64,000 nucleotides of DNA from positions 2,150,616-2,214,615 of the forward strand of contig MU004186.1 in the NCBI GenBank assembly GCA_010093605.1, written 5' to 3'. The translations under genes were made by a program, and so were the position numbers. The notes below the pieces were generated by a model that ran no database searches, had not been told where the DNA came from, and worked only from the letters and a program-made list of their open reading frames with translations. This document shows, in pieces, positions 44,605-56,956 of this stretch (position 1 is its first letter; every line of letters starts with the position of its first letter). This DNA comes from Lophium mytilinum. Its lineage: Eukaryota.

Positions 44605-47469
44605 TCATTTCTTACGTTTATCAAACCTCTCTCTAGACCCCTCATACTCTCTCCGCTCATTCGCCTTCTCCACCATCTTCACAGCTTCGTCCATAACGTC
44701 GCTGCCTACCCTCCAGCTGCGGAGCACAACGCCCTTGTCGCCGAGGATCTGCTCAGCCCGCGCCCACCGCTGCCGCCAGAGCTGCTCTTTCTTGTTCATG
44801 GCTTGTCCGTTTCCGCCCCCGTTGCCGCCGTTCATACCCAGCGTCGAGTCGTTGTTGCGGGAGGGGTACTGCTGGGAGGATGTCGTGCTGTACGCATTGC
44901 TTTGGGATTGCGAAACGTTTAGATTGCTGCTAGCGGCAGGGTTGCCACCGCTCCACGCCCCCTGGACTTTCGACGAGGCGTAAGAAGCCGCCGCGACGGG
45001 GTAGGATGATATGCCTCTGCGCGGTGGTGGGGCGGGCGGCGCTGTTCGTTTCGATGACGCCTCGGAGGATGTGCTCATGCTGCGAACGGAGTCGTTGGAG
45101 GGTGAAGGCTGGTCCTGTGTTGTTCCGTAGAGATATGAAGAGGCGGAGGGGAGGTTGCTGTATGCGGATGTGAGTTTCTGGCGGGCGGAGTCTCTATAGG
45201 AATATGATGGCTCGGCGCGCTCTGTGGATGGCTTTTGTGGTGGTCTAGGTTTCGGAGACTGAGTTTGCACTTGATTGGTTAGGGGGCTGGATCCGTGGAC
45301 AGAATTAGATGGTCGACGAGGCTTTGGTGGTATAGGTGGCTTTGATGAGGTCGTAGAAGGCGTAGGTGATACTTTCTCGCTCGAGGTGCTACGCAATGCA
45401 ACAGGCTTCCGGGGTAGCGTCGGTGGCATCGACTTCGCACTGGAGGTCGAGGCTACGGAGTTACGTTTCCCGGAATCCTCGACTTCAGCTGAAGTATGGA
45501 CGCGCCGAAGTGGCGATGGGTTATGGGATACAGGATCCTGTTCACCATCCGAGAAATCGATAAGATTCTCCTGCGGTTCTGGCTGACGTGGCTGTGTTGA
45601 TATCCGAGGCGGCAGCTGGGGTCTCTTGTCCGGGGAATCCTCTTCGTGAGGCCACGAGTTGATGCCCTTCTTATTCTCTCTTTCCATGTCCTTGAGAGAA
45701 GCAGAAATTGCCGCCTTAAGATGAGGGTCATAATTTTCTTCCATAGGGGTTAATGAAGCAGTCGCTCGACCATTCCTCCCTCCTTGCGTACTCGTACTTG
45801 ACGACCTCTCACCAGTCAGAGGTCCCATTGAGGAATCAAAGAAGCCTCCCTTGGATATAGGGGTAGTCACGTCTCGAATGAAAACCGCCAATACTCGTCC
45901 CGGATTTTCTTGGACAAAGTCGGTGTAGACTTCGAGATCAGCTTCTCCGCTGTCGCCCACGAGAATGAAGCTTCTCTCGGGAAAGTCTCTGGCAATCTTA
46001 TCTAGCGTACCCTTCTTTCTCTCAGCAACAGGCTCGAAGATACCTTGGAGCATACCATTATATTGCTTGAGATGAAAGGATCCGGACGGAAGGCCAGCCA
46101 GTGTGAAGAACTTCGTCAAGACTGGGTAGAGTTGCCAAGGCGAGTTGGAAACGTAGTGGAACTTCACGCCCAAATCAGCCATTCGATTGTACCATTCCGT
46201 AACGCCTTCGATGGTCAAATCGCCGAGTTCGCGAATGAAAGCGTTGCGGAAGATCTCGCGCGCACCACTGCCAATTGCAGAATGTTTGATCGTATCGTCG
46301 ATGTCACTGATGAGACTGATGCCCTTCGGATCGGTAATAACGACCTCAGTCGTTGCAGAAAGACGTTCCGATGCTATTATTCGTACATGGGTAGGGATGA
46401 AATCCAACGCTGCACGGACATTGAAGTGACCAGACGCATTGGTGTACACTGTTCTCTGTTTTGACGTGTCCTCGTTGTAGAAGAAAACGCTAATGGGCTC
46501 ATTCGCCATAGGGTTCGACATAAAAGGTTTCAGTCGCGCCATTAGATGGTTGTTTGCCTGTGTAAGCTCGGCAGGGCTCATGTTTGCTGGTTGATTCCAG
46601 GATTGTCGTTTTTGCAAGGGAGTTATATGATCATCCTTAAGAGAACTCAAAGAATTCAAGGAAGATGCGTGCTTCAGTTGATGTGACCCTTTTCGTGAGT
46701 GTTGTGCAGGCGAGTCGTATGGACTGTCCGAATCGTCATCTCGAGGAGCCTCACTATACCCGCCTTTCGCCGCAATGGCGCCCTCTTTCTCGCCTTTCAT
46801 GAGGATAGCGTCGGCCTCTTTGGCAGCCATCTCTTCGTCCCGTCTCGCTGCTCTTTCCTGGTGGCCACTGTGCGGACTTGGGTTCCGGCTGTTCTCGCTA
46901 CTCCTGGCCGGGGGTGCATTTATACCTACGAGACTCCTCGCGACCCCCACAAAGAGGCGATGCTTTCGAGTTAGCTGCCCCTTGTGAGGAGAATATATCC
47001 ACCCGCGTACGTCGACATCCACGATGGCATTATCGTCCTCATAAGCTTCCCACTGTTGCTTCCAAAACTCAGCATCTCCAGCACCGACTGAGTCTCGAAC
47101 ATCTCGCCCATCACCCGGTGTCTCTTGAACTGTCCCGGGCTCCGCTTGCGGCTTCTTCTTAACGTGCTTCCTTGCGTAGCTTGGAAACAAGATCATCTCT
47201 TCCTCTCCGCTTCTGACAACCGCAGCATCCGGAAAGGCACCTGGTGTTCCGTCATCCCCGTCCTCATATTGCATATCCCGGTTGCTGCTCCATCCTTGGG
47301 TGTAGCTCTGCTGATATGACTGCCGCAATTCGTTCGCTGCCTTTAGATATCCTGCCAGTTTCTTCCTCCTCGCTCCAGGCTCCCGTCCTTCGGACCTGTA
47401 ACCGCCCATATCTTGACCGGCGCCCGAGCCCTCCATATTGTAGCCGTCCGAACCGCGCGACTGGTTCAT
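44605..47469 (-). CDS. APP1: Phosphatidate phosphatase App1 (DUF2183); possible GUG-initiated extension to 47793
   Basis: ISDIDDTIKHS (DxDxT), FHYVSNSPWQLYP, ILVGDSGEADLEVY; Pro-rich tail. Confidence 0.88.
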   Translation of the reverse strand: MNQSRGSDGYNMEGSGAGQDMGGYRSEGREPGARRKKLAGYLKAANELRQSYQQSYTQGWSSNRDMQYEDGDDGTPGAFPDAAVVRSGEEEMILFPSYARKHVKKKPQAEPGTVQETPGDGRDVRDSVGAGDAEFWKQQWEAYEDDNAIVDVDVRGWIYSPHKGQLTRKHRLFVGVARSLVGINAPPARSSENSRNPSPHSGHQERAARRDEEMAAKEADAILMKGEKEGAIAAKGGYSEAPRDDDSDSPYDSPAQHSRKGSHQLKHASSLNSLSSLKDDHITPLQKRQSWNQPANMSPAELTQANNHLMARLKPFMSNPMANEPISVFFYNEDTSKQRTVYTNASGHFNVRAALDFIPTHVRIIASERLSATTEVVITDPKGISLISDIDDTIKHSAIGSGAREIFRNAFIRELGDLTIEGVTEWYNRMADLGVKFHYVSNSPWQLYPVLTKFFTLAGLPSGSFHLKQYNGMLQGIFEPVAERKKGTLDKIARDFPERSFILVGDSGEADLEVYTDFVQENPGRVLAVFIRDVTTPISKGGFFDSSMGPLTGERSSSTSTQGGRNGRATASLTPMEENYDPHLKAAISASLKDMERENKKGINSWPHEEDSPDKRPQLPPRISTQPRQPEPQENLIDFSDGEQDPVSHNPSPLRRVHTSAEVEDSGKRNSVASTSSAKSMPPTLPRKPVALRSTSSEKVSPTPSTTSSKPPIPPKPRRPSNSVHGSSPLTNQVQTQSPKPRPPQKPSTERAEPSYSYRDSARQKLTSAYSNLPSASSYLYGTTQDQPSPSNDSVRSMSTSSEASSKRTAPPAPPPRRGISSYPVAAASYASSKVQGAWSGGNPAASSNLNVSQSQSNAYSTTSSQQYPSRNNDSTLGMNGGNGGGNGQAMNKKEQLWRQRWARAEQILGDKGVVLRSWRVGSDVMDEAVKMVEKANERREYEGSRERFDKRKK

Positions 47470-48168
47470 TGTGCGTCTTCGGGCGACAGCATCGTCTCTT
47501 TTAGAAGTGGTCGTATAGCCTGGTCTTAGCAGGTGCCGGCCGCGGCTGCGGAGTTGCTGGAGGATGCTCTGTGGACCCTTTGCCTTCTTGAGCTTTGTAG
47601 CTTGCCGGCGGAGGATATATCTGTAGATGCGAGACTGGGCCTTGTGCTTGAAACCCGGAATGGTCTCGTGGCGGAATCGTGCGAGCTGAGCGCGTGCGCG
47701 GGTGCGCGTGGATGGGAAGATGTAGCGGAGGAGAGACGAGGTGCCGTGGGATGCGGGCTTTACGCTGCGGCGGAGGGAGGGCGGAGGAGCCACGTTGGGC
47801 TAGAGGAGAGTGATGTAGGTCGGCGTGTTGGAGAAGTGCATGTCAATGGTGTAGGCTGGAACGCATGGAGAATGTGAAAATGCCATATTGGTTTCGGACG
47901 TCATGGGGCGATCATTTGGAGCGGAATCGGGCACGGGCCTCCTTCTACTTCAGCATTGCAAGACTGGGACAGAAATATCAGGGGTAAAATTCGGTAATAG
48001 TAGAGATGGATTAGAATTCTGTTGTATGCTAATTTCTGGAAAACACCTATCAGGCTAGCCTTGCATCTAAAGGCTCGAGGGTCCATCTCAAAGACTACCA
48101 TGCCCGCAACTCCCAAAAAGACCCGGTATTCCAGTAAAGTAGGAAATGAACAACTGCAACCCAATTCA

Positions 48169-49218
48169 CTAATTCGTGCCTTTGGCGGCTTCGATGATTG
48201 TATCGATGTTTCCAACATCCTTCCTCAGCGCTTCAATGACTTCAGTCCAGATCTGCTCCTGCAATTTTACTCCATCTTCGCCCTGAAGTAGAGGTGGATC
48301 TCTGCATAGATGTCAGCATCGGAAAGTAATACATAGCAATTGTGCTTACGGTCTGATCTGGTCGTGGTACCAGAACTTTCCATTTCCAGCCGCTCCCAGA
48401 GTCGTTCCACTGACAATAATCCTGGAACCTGCTTCGGCACTTTTGGAGAAAAGGCCCATGAAAATCGGTACTACGAGCTTCATGTACCACGCATCAAACT
48501 CTCGGGCCAAGTTCGTGTTGGCGGCTCCGGGACAAACGACGGTAAGGACCACGTCAGGCTCCTTGACGTTCTTCGAAGTAATATTCGTAAGGGTTTTAAC
48601 GATGCTCATGATGAGGAACTTTGATATCGTGTAATTGACATGTACGTTGTACGTCGATTTCGCATTGAAGGATGTTATGACCGCGTCTTTATGGCTTGCT
48701 GGAATACTGGCTCCATTGTGTCGACTTGATCCGACGATCTCGAGGACAGGCTCGCTTGTCGTAGTTTTTGAAGCTCTCAATTTGGGTAGTAGGAGGAACG
48801 CAAGCAGGGAGGTTGACAGCGTGTTGACCTGAAGTGTTTCTTCCCATCCGTACTTGCTTTGGCGATATTCGGGAACCGTCACCCCAGCGTTCAAGACCGC
48901 AATATCCAGATGATCCAACTCCCTCGAAGCACGCTCGGCGAACTTCTGGATACTTTCGTATGAGCCCATGTCCACCTCCCACACTACAATCTGCCCAGTC
49001 TTGTGCGTCCGGCCTTCGATAGCGGACTTTGCTGTTTCACCTTTCTGTACGGATCGAACACCAAGGATGATTTTCGACGCTCCGAGTGCGGAGTACTTTA
49101 CTGCTGCCTCAAATCCAATGCCGGAATTAGCTCCTGTGACAATGATGTTTTTGCCAGCGAAGGAAGTTGTAGTGTCGCGGGGTGGAAACCATTTCTGTTT
49201 GAGCATAGTGAGCGACAT
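48169..49218 (-). CDS. Short-chain dehydrogenase/reductase (retinol dehydrogenase-like); 2 exons
   Basis: TGANSGIG, NAG, YTISK (YxxxK). An intron near 48304-48349 gives a last exon ending LQEQIWTEVIEAL...GTN*. Confidence 0.9.
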
Positions 49219-49947
49219 GTTGTCTTGCAATCTCGATGAGGGATGCTAGATTGGATTGAGCTCAGGTCGAAATATTCCGTAAATGAGGAAGTCGGGGACG
49301 TATTTTGCTTTCGGGAGAAGATGCAACTGGGTTATCTGCCCATTTAAGAGGGATGTCGTGCTGATTAGCGGACGAAATGTATCGGATCCTTGTGAACTGA
49401 ATCATTTCAATACCTAGATATAGCTGCTCCAATGGCCCTTGCATTATCCTAAATAGGGCTTTGTCTAAGCAGCAAGGGTCTTAATGGGGTGTTCGCGAGT
49501 AGTTTACTGCCTAATAGACCTCATAAAGGTGGCCTTCCGCCGAAGAATGTCCTTGTCCTTGTCCGTCCTGGCCAGGCTAACACCGGCAAATGAAGGATAG
49601 TACTGGATTGCTAGATAAGCAAATGGGGGGCCTCGTCTCAATTCCATGGTATTCCGTTGCAGGGACATCAGCTGTGGCTACCGAGCCAATACGGCGGAGT
49701 TGGGATTTGCAATTCGATTGAAATCCGAAACACGAAGAGACGGACAGCGTTGACAATGCGACATTGTAGGGCTGGCAGACGAGCACGTGACGGCCATGTG
49801 GGGTAGTCGCGTCTAAAGCTCCTCGTCAACGCCAGAGCTTCTTCACCTCCAACACAAACATCCAGAGCTCGTCCAGTCAACCACAACGAGCCTCTCGATC
49901 CATCAAAAACCTTGATCCAACACTGACCAAAGCACTGACAAGTCATC

Positions 49948-50706
49948 ATGGACAACATGAACAAACTCAGCATCAACGACCAGCCGACCATGCTTGATTG
50001 GGAGGCCCATCTCCGCGCTCAGCAGCAGCAAGACCATGGTCCGCCTGAACCTCCACAACAAACCAATCCGTACGAAGGCCGTGTTCTCGGTGGTGCCGTC
50101 CCTAGAGATGTTCCCCAGCTACCTCCCCAAGCCTTCACGACATCCGCGCAGCTTCTCGAGCTTGTCGATAGTAAGTCCCCCTCTTCCAAAAAAATCCAAA
50201 ACGCGTCCCAAGGCTAACCGCCTGCTTCCACCCATAGAGAAGGTCAACGTCTGCCTCCGTGACGACAAGTTCATCCAAGGAGTCATGCGCTCCTACGACA
50301 ATTACGGTATGTCCACCCCACCTCCACATCTCGACAGCCTGCTAACGCAGCGTCCCATAGGCAACATTGTGGTTAAGGACTCAATCGAGAAGATCTACTC
50401 CCACGCGCAGAAGCTCTTCGCGGACGTTCCCCGGGGAATGTTCATCATTCGTGGCGAGAACATCGCGATGATTGGCGAAATCGTACGTGTTTCCCATGCC
50501 CTTTGTCCTGACCCTTCAAATCGCTAACAATTTTCTAGGACCTTGACAAAGACGACGACATCCCGGCTGGCTGGACCCGCGCTGAGGTCGAGGTCGTATT
50601 CCCGCTACACAAGGCCGAATCAGAGGCTCGGAAGGAGGAGCAGGAGCGCAAGGAGGCGAATCTGGCGAGGTTAGGGTTCGTTCCGGAGCATGGAATGGAG
50701 TTCTGA
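49948..50706 (+). CDS. LSM1: Sm-like protein Lsm1; 4 exons
   Basis: LPPQAFTTSAQLLELVD|KKV...GVMRSYDNYGNIV...RGMFIIRGENIAMIGEI|DLDKDDDIP. Confidence 0.9.
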
Positions 50707-53700
50707 GGGGATTCAATGGGGGGTGACAATGTACTATAGACGGCTCTGCGGAGCCTGATGCCGAGCCTGCGGGCATAACGACCTCAAATGCATGCCCATA
50801 TCGGGCGGGGGTGCTTTTCGGAGCATCCCCCACAAAGGAAAAACTGAAGCAATTCAATTGTGATGTGCCTTTTCTGAGTGTGTGATTCGCAGTGTGATTG
50901 TCAAACCACTTGCGCAACAGTTGATATCGTGATGTCGGAAATCGTTGTTTGTAACATCCTTGACACTGTTTGAGGTTCCCCTAGACGTCGCAAAAGTAGA
51001 CACCATGATGTCAAGTTTGCGGGAGTTGAGATCAGACGGCTGAATCGCACATCTGTAGAGCCTATTGAAGCGCTTCCGATCCTCATGCATTGTGTCAACC
51101 AGTAGTCTGATCTGCGGTGCTATTCGAGAGCCTCTGAGCCAAAGAACTGGAATCGCGCCACATGATTCGGAATGTTTGAACTGCTTGACACTTCGATGGA
51201 CCTCCAAGCCTTTTTCAAAAGGAGAGCACCATGATGTAAAGATCGTCAGGTCGGAAATAAAACATCCAGCACATGTGTGAATGCGCGCTTAGAAAGTGCG
51301 ACGAAGTGCCTCAGACATGCCCTGAATCTCTTCGCAGTGTGTGCGAACTGAAGCGTCATATGAACCTCCCGAGTCTGTAGCCCGTATCTCAGGGCTCGTG
51401 AAGTTGGGTTTTGCAAGCTGTATCGCGCCGTCAGAAGACCCTCAGCGTGGTCGCTGGAATTCGCGCGCGATGTAAAGAGCACGACGTCACAAGTTAGGCC
51501 GCAATTTGACACAGCGGATGCCGATGCTGAAGGACCACCACAGACGCTGCTAGACGTGCATATTATTTGGCGTTTGCGTCTGATTGACGCCTCTTCCCGA
51601 CGCGCAGCTTTCCAGAGAGCTCAAACAAAGGCGACGATGACGCCTACTTGCGCACCTCCACCAACCCATCACAGGACCCTCAGCCTTGCGACACCATTTT
51701 CAGCGGCAGTGGCATGTTGGCCCAAGATTTGATCAAGGCTGGGCCTGCTTCCAGATGCTGCGCTGCGGCCACAGCGACAGAGAGGGAGTCCCTAAACAGA
51801 GCCACCCCGAACACGCGCGACGCGATCTGCGACACGGATTTTGAAGACTTCCCGCACGATTATCGTAGACTGCAGAGCGAGCCACACCCTGGAAAGATAC
51901 GTGCTTGCTGAATTGGAGGGGCGATGGAGATGTCAGGTATCAGGTGTGGCTGTACTTAGACTGATGTCGCACCTGGATCGCAGCTTGCGACTTTGGACAC
52001 ACTCCACGAGCATGGAGGCCTCAAGAGCACTACAAGACCGTCAAGATCGAGGAAGGCGTACTCCGTTTTAGAGGCCTAACATATATCGGGAAGAAAGATC
52101 CCAGAAAGACCGACTCGAATACCACAGCATTGAGATCAGTCGCTTGAACTTCCCCAATTTCCAGACGTGTGCCGTTGTTTGTGATGCTTGAAAGGGCTAC
52201 GAAAGCGCAAGACCAGATGGCAATTTTTGTGAGGACTGAACCGGGCTGCGATTTGAAGTCATTCGATCTTTTACCCTGCATGGAACTAGATATCCGGGAC
52301 GATGTGCTTCGTATTCATCTACCGTGCGTTCTGCACACGCCGACGACCTGTTAGGGCCTCCCAGATGGCCAAAAAGAAAGAGACTAGAACTAAAAATGAC
52401 GAATGGGAAAATGACGCCGAGGAAAGAGATGGGAGCATTGAAGAAAATTAAGGGGTTTGAGAATGATGTTACTCATTGGGCACTCAAAGGAAAGAAATTG
52501 AAAATAGAGAGGGCAAAGCGTGGCCGTATTTGACTGAGCCCATGCCGAAGGTGGTAATCTGGCTACGCAGCGGATATTTTTCCGGATGGGTAACCTTCAT
52601 CGCATTTCTATATCCGCCAACAGTCAATTAATGCCCGTGGGATCAAGCTGTGTGGCTCACGAGATATTAGGTATGTCAGTAGCTTGATACCTGTCATCAG
52701 TGCCTTGTACCAAAATGAACTCTATGAGGAGAGCAGGATGGAATAAGAAACTGTCTCAAGGTATATAATGCTCCGACTTGGGGCCTCCAAGCAGCTTGCT
52801 ACTCCTGCTGTATCATGTTACGGGTGGATGGTCGGTCTAAATTTGCCCGTCAGCCAGCACATGTTGGGATCTCGGTCTTTGCTCTTGCTACCATCTTCCA
52901 TGCTACCATTTCCTATCCTCAATATTCGTTTCTTCCTTGATATCTTTCCTTTTTTTTACGGTCCTCTTGTTGAATAGGCGGCTCGTCGCAGCGTGGGCAC
53001 TGGGGATGGTGACACTCCTTTCTATTCCTTTTCTGTAATGTCACGTTGATGCGTCGCGTCTCCAGATACGGAGTGGTACAGCCGAAGTTGTCCACGTCGC
53101 TCTCTATCTTGCTCTTCTCTTATACTTCGTTGTGGATAGATGCTGGGCTTGAGAGACCAGTGGACCGCGGTACTAGTCGTGACCTCGAGCTTTGCTTTGC
53201 CAACCTCGCTGCCATCTTCCATCCCGTTTGTGCTCTCGCAGGATCTTGTAGTCTTGTATTCTCCCAGCTCGATTGTGGTTCGCACATTGCTGTGGACGGC
53301 GAGTCTGGCGGTAGATGCAAGGTGCTGCTGTTGACAGCTTCCTTTGCTCCTTCTCTCAGTTCTTCGAAGGAATTACAGCATGGAAGCTTGTAAGGCCCTG
53401 TGGTAAGTGCAATCCCTGTTAGTCTTGATATCAACTCGATCTTGTTGACGAGTTTGCCGGTGAGGTAGAGGCTGTTTCGTCTGCCATCCCTGCTCCCTTT
53501 CCCGCGTCTTCTACGGATGCTTGTGGGTGTTCCAAGCTGCAGTAGTTAGTGCAGCTATATGTCAGTTCAGTTCAAGGTTGCTGCACGATTGGTATGCTAG
53601 TTGTACAGTGAATCAGGCGTGGTCGTAGTGGTTGTGAAGTGGAAGAGATGTGAGACGCGTTGGGGCGAACTTTAGAGCCGACGTCAACACCACCTGCCAC

Positions 53701-54940
53701 CAGCACCACCCCTGCTTCCCCACCCTCACCGCCGAGCTATTCTACGCTTTCTCCCCATCTAACATTCATGCGGCTCGATGTTAGTCGTTTCCTTATTCCA
53801 GCATGCATACACTGAATCTACGCCTCCTTTTGTACGAGGATGCTCCCCTACCTTTTCTCCTCCGACCGACAAGCCACTGCCCCTCCACGATTTCACCAAC
53901 TCCTGCTGAGGATCCCGCCTCTAATTCTCCGCCTATCCATTGCATTCCTCTCTATACCTTCATACTGCACTGTGTTAGAGCGGCGGATCAGCCCTATACC
54001 TGTTACAGCCGTACCTACAACGACGCCCCAATTTGAGCTACTCCGACAGCCACGTTCAGGGCGACACGGCCAATTCAACAGGAGAATATACATTTTATGT
54101 TAATGGATTACTCTTAAGGGGCAGGCTCACAATATCCAGAGCTATACTGAACACCGAATATTGGCATAGTAGGATTTTGACGATCAACGTGGGCAGCATT
54201 AGAGACTCGTTTTCGAACGGGGCGGAATTTCCCTTCAAGCTTACTGCAATTCTTTCACAGAAGGAGTATTCCCAATATTTCAGCTAATCTAGACGGACTC
54301 TGTTAGATGCTCTTACTCAAGCAAACGCTCAGTCGCTCTCCAAGTCCAGTTTCCGCCCCTTCTCCCTTGCCCTCCGGCCTCGTTTTAGCCTCCACAAACA
54401 ACTAGGACGAGTCTCCATGAAAGCTGCTGCTAGCATGTGGTTCCTAAATGAGCTCCATATCAGAGAAAACCAAATAAGCACACTAGACCCCCCGACGGCC
54501 TTTTACAATTCCACCAATGTCTTATGTCCTATTACTGTCCCGATTCCACAGCAAACAAGCTCAAACAAGCTGCGCAGTTGAAGTATGTTATTAATGTAGA
54601 AAGGATCGGTTGAGAGCATGTGTTACCTTCTTTCTGGCTACGCAAAACCCCCTGTTGGAAGGCTGGCCCTCTGCTGCACATCAGCTTTAGTACATGGACA
54701 GCGATGTCAGGAGATAAGACATAGCCACCAACTGGAACAAAATACTGAGCTTATAGGACGCTGCTGGTAGGGAGTCATGCGGTGTCCTTACAACATACAT
54801 CTTCCCGCCCTCTTTGCTTCATCTCAACGACGTGCGAGTCAACGGAGTACACCTCTCCTATCTTAGTCTCGAAGAGGACACGCCCATGTACTGCCTTGAT
54901 AAACTCCAATCTCAATCTTGCTTGCCATTCATCATAGTAA

Positions 54941-55039
54941 TCCGGTATGGTGTAGATGGCTAACACGCTACTTTTACAATTGCCCCATAGCCTGGGATTG
55001 CAACGGTAGAGACCCGGGTTCGAATCCCGTGTACCGGAA
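54941..55039 (+). tRNA. Intron-containing tRNA, anticodon TAC (Val)
   Basis: Acceptor TCCGGTA/TACCGGA; D arm GTGT/ACAC; anticodon stem CTACT/GGTAG with TT-TAC-A (anticodon 54975-54977); 25-nt intron 54979-55003; GGTTCGAATCC B-box; T5 terminator at about 55048. Confidence 0.85.
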
Positions 55040-55890
55040 GCCATTTATTTTTGCGGACCGATACAGTACACGTGAGAAGAGTGAGATGTTACAGAGAAGC
55101 GCCCTCGCCAGAGGATTCTCGTAGCGCTTCAGGGTTATCTTGCTCCTAGATGCTCTTCTTTTTGGAATTCTGGTTTGCTAGGTTCACGACCTGTAGATTG
55201 GCAAATATTCACATTTCAGCACTCTCATAAACTGTCTTAGTGCTTAACACACATTAAACTCGGCTTTTATTGTGTATACAAGGTCATTCCTCTTAGCCCA
55301 TAACTGAATAACTTCACGTGATGTGTACCGTGATCCCCCTATCTGATTTGTTGCCGCGGAATAAGATATAAATTACAGATACAGTGGTTCGTTCTTACGT
55401 CTCATGAGGGTATTGAGCTAGACCTGGTGAGGGGACAACCCACATGTGCGAAGGCATGATGTGGCTAGTGTCAAAAGAATATTGCAACACTTCCCTTTCC
55501 ATGCCTGTGCTCTGAGATCTTGTGTGGCCCTATGTACACGATGTCGCACAGGGACAGGTGTTGCGGAGGGATATCTGCGAGGGATCAACACAAGTCATGT
55601 CTACCCAATGGAATCTAGGAAGTTCCGGGTTTGCGGAAGACAGGTCATGAAGTCGATCCTCATCATGACCGAATTGCACTGGCTACTAGGATGAGCAACT
55701 GATGATGAAGGTCTCTATTAAAACCTGTAAAAAACAACAAATACATTACTGCAACGCCTACAATGGAAATCTCCATGCAGCCCAGCAATATCGAAAGGGG
55801 GTATATCATCTCTGTCTGTTCCTTCACCTCGCAGCCCTAAGAAACCGCACAGCTTTCCCGCTTTCCCTCAGTCGGTTTTAGCTTTAACTC

Positions 55891-56956
55891 CTATCCCATC
55901 AACTTCCCGCCCGCCCAGAACCCCGTCATCCACAGCGCCCCCCATACCGGTTGTACCATGGCCCTCAGCACCCCAGGCCCCGGACACGTCCCATCCAGCC
56001 CCCAACCAACCCCAAACGCCACCGCGCCCGCCACGAAGCGCCAATCAATGTCTTGCCATGTTTTCGTTGGTAATTCATATTTCGGTGCGTATGCAGGCGG
56101 CTGCGGGAACCCTCGGATCTTGTTCTCAATGGTCGCTGGGAGCAGGCCAAAGAGTATTATGGCGATTAGAGAGGGGTCCCAGAAGGTGAGATTGGGTAAG
56201 GCGAAGAAGGCGAAGAGTTTCGGTGCTTGCGCCATTCCGGAGATGTGGAGGCCCAGGCCGAATGTCAGACCTGCGAGGAGGGAGGTTGTTAGGTAGGAGA
56301 GATTTCGTGAGGAGGTGGAAGCATTCGTCTTTTCGGCCTTTGGTTTGGCCGAGAGAGCCGCTAGGATAGGTGGAAGAGTGTGTCCAAGAGTGATGGCAGA
56401 GGCGGCGAGGGTGAGGAGGGTAGTCGACGTGTAAGGAGAGGGGTATACGGGAGTGTAGCAAGGGACTTCGCCGGTACAAATAGAAGTAGACAGAGCGGGC
56501 TGAGTGAGGTGGAAGGTGAGAACTGCCACAGGAAAGAAGATACAGACGGCGGCGAGAGAGCGGCCGGAAGAGCGAGAGAGGCCACAAATCATGTGGCCTG
56601 AGGTGCAACCATTACAGCCCTAGGCTATGTTAGCTCAGTCTCATCTTTTGCCAGCATCGTGAGAGTCTGACCTTGGTGCCCCATCCCGTCAGAATCCCGG
56701 CCGCTGTAGTGGTGAGGACCGTTGTCGAGTCCCAGGTGATTGCTGGATATCGGAGCAGTTCCGGCAGCACTATACGCAGCGGGAGAAAGCTCGAGGCCAT
56801 TCCTATTAAAAAGAGAGCATTTGGAAGTGTAGGTCCCTCGAATAGTCGGCGGAGCAGGCCCGAGAGTCCAAGTATAGAGCCATTGTTGTAGAGCAAGATA
56901 GACGTCGACTGCCAAATCAAGATGGCACCGACGCTGGACTCGATCGGCGTGAACAT
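55891..56956 (-). CDS. YeeE/YedE family (thiosulfate/sulfur transport) membrane protein; 2 exons
   Basis: NGSILGLSG, GCTSGHMICGLSR, FGLGLHISGM, WDPSL, FGVGWGLDGTCPGP. Confidence 0.88.
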
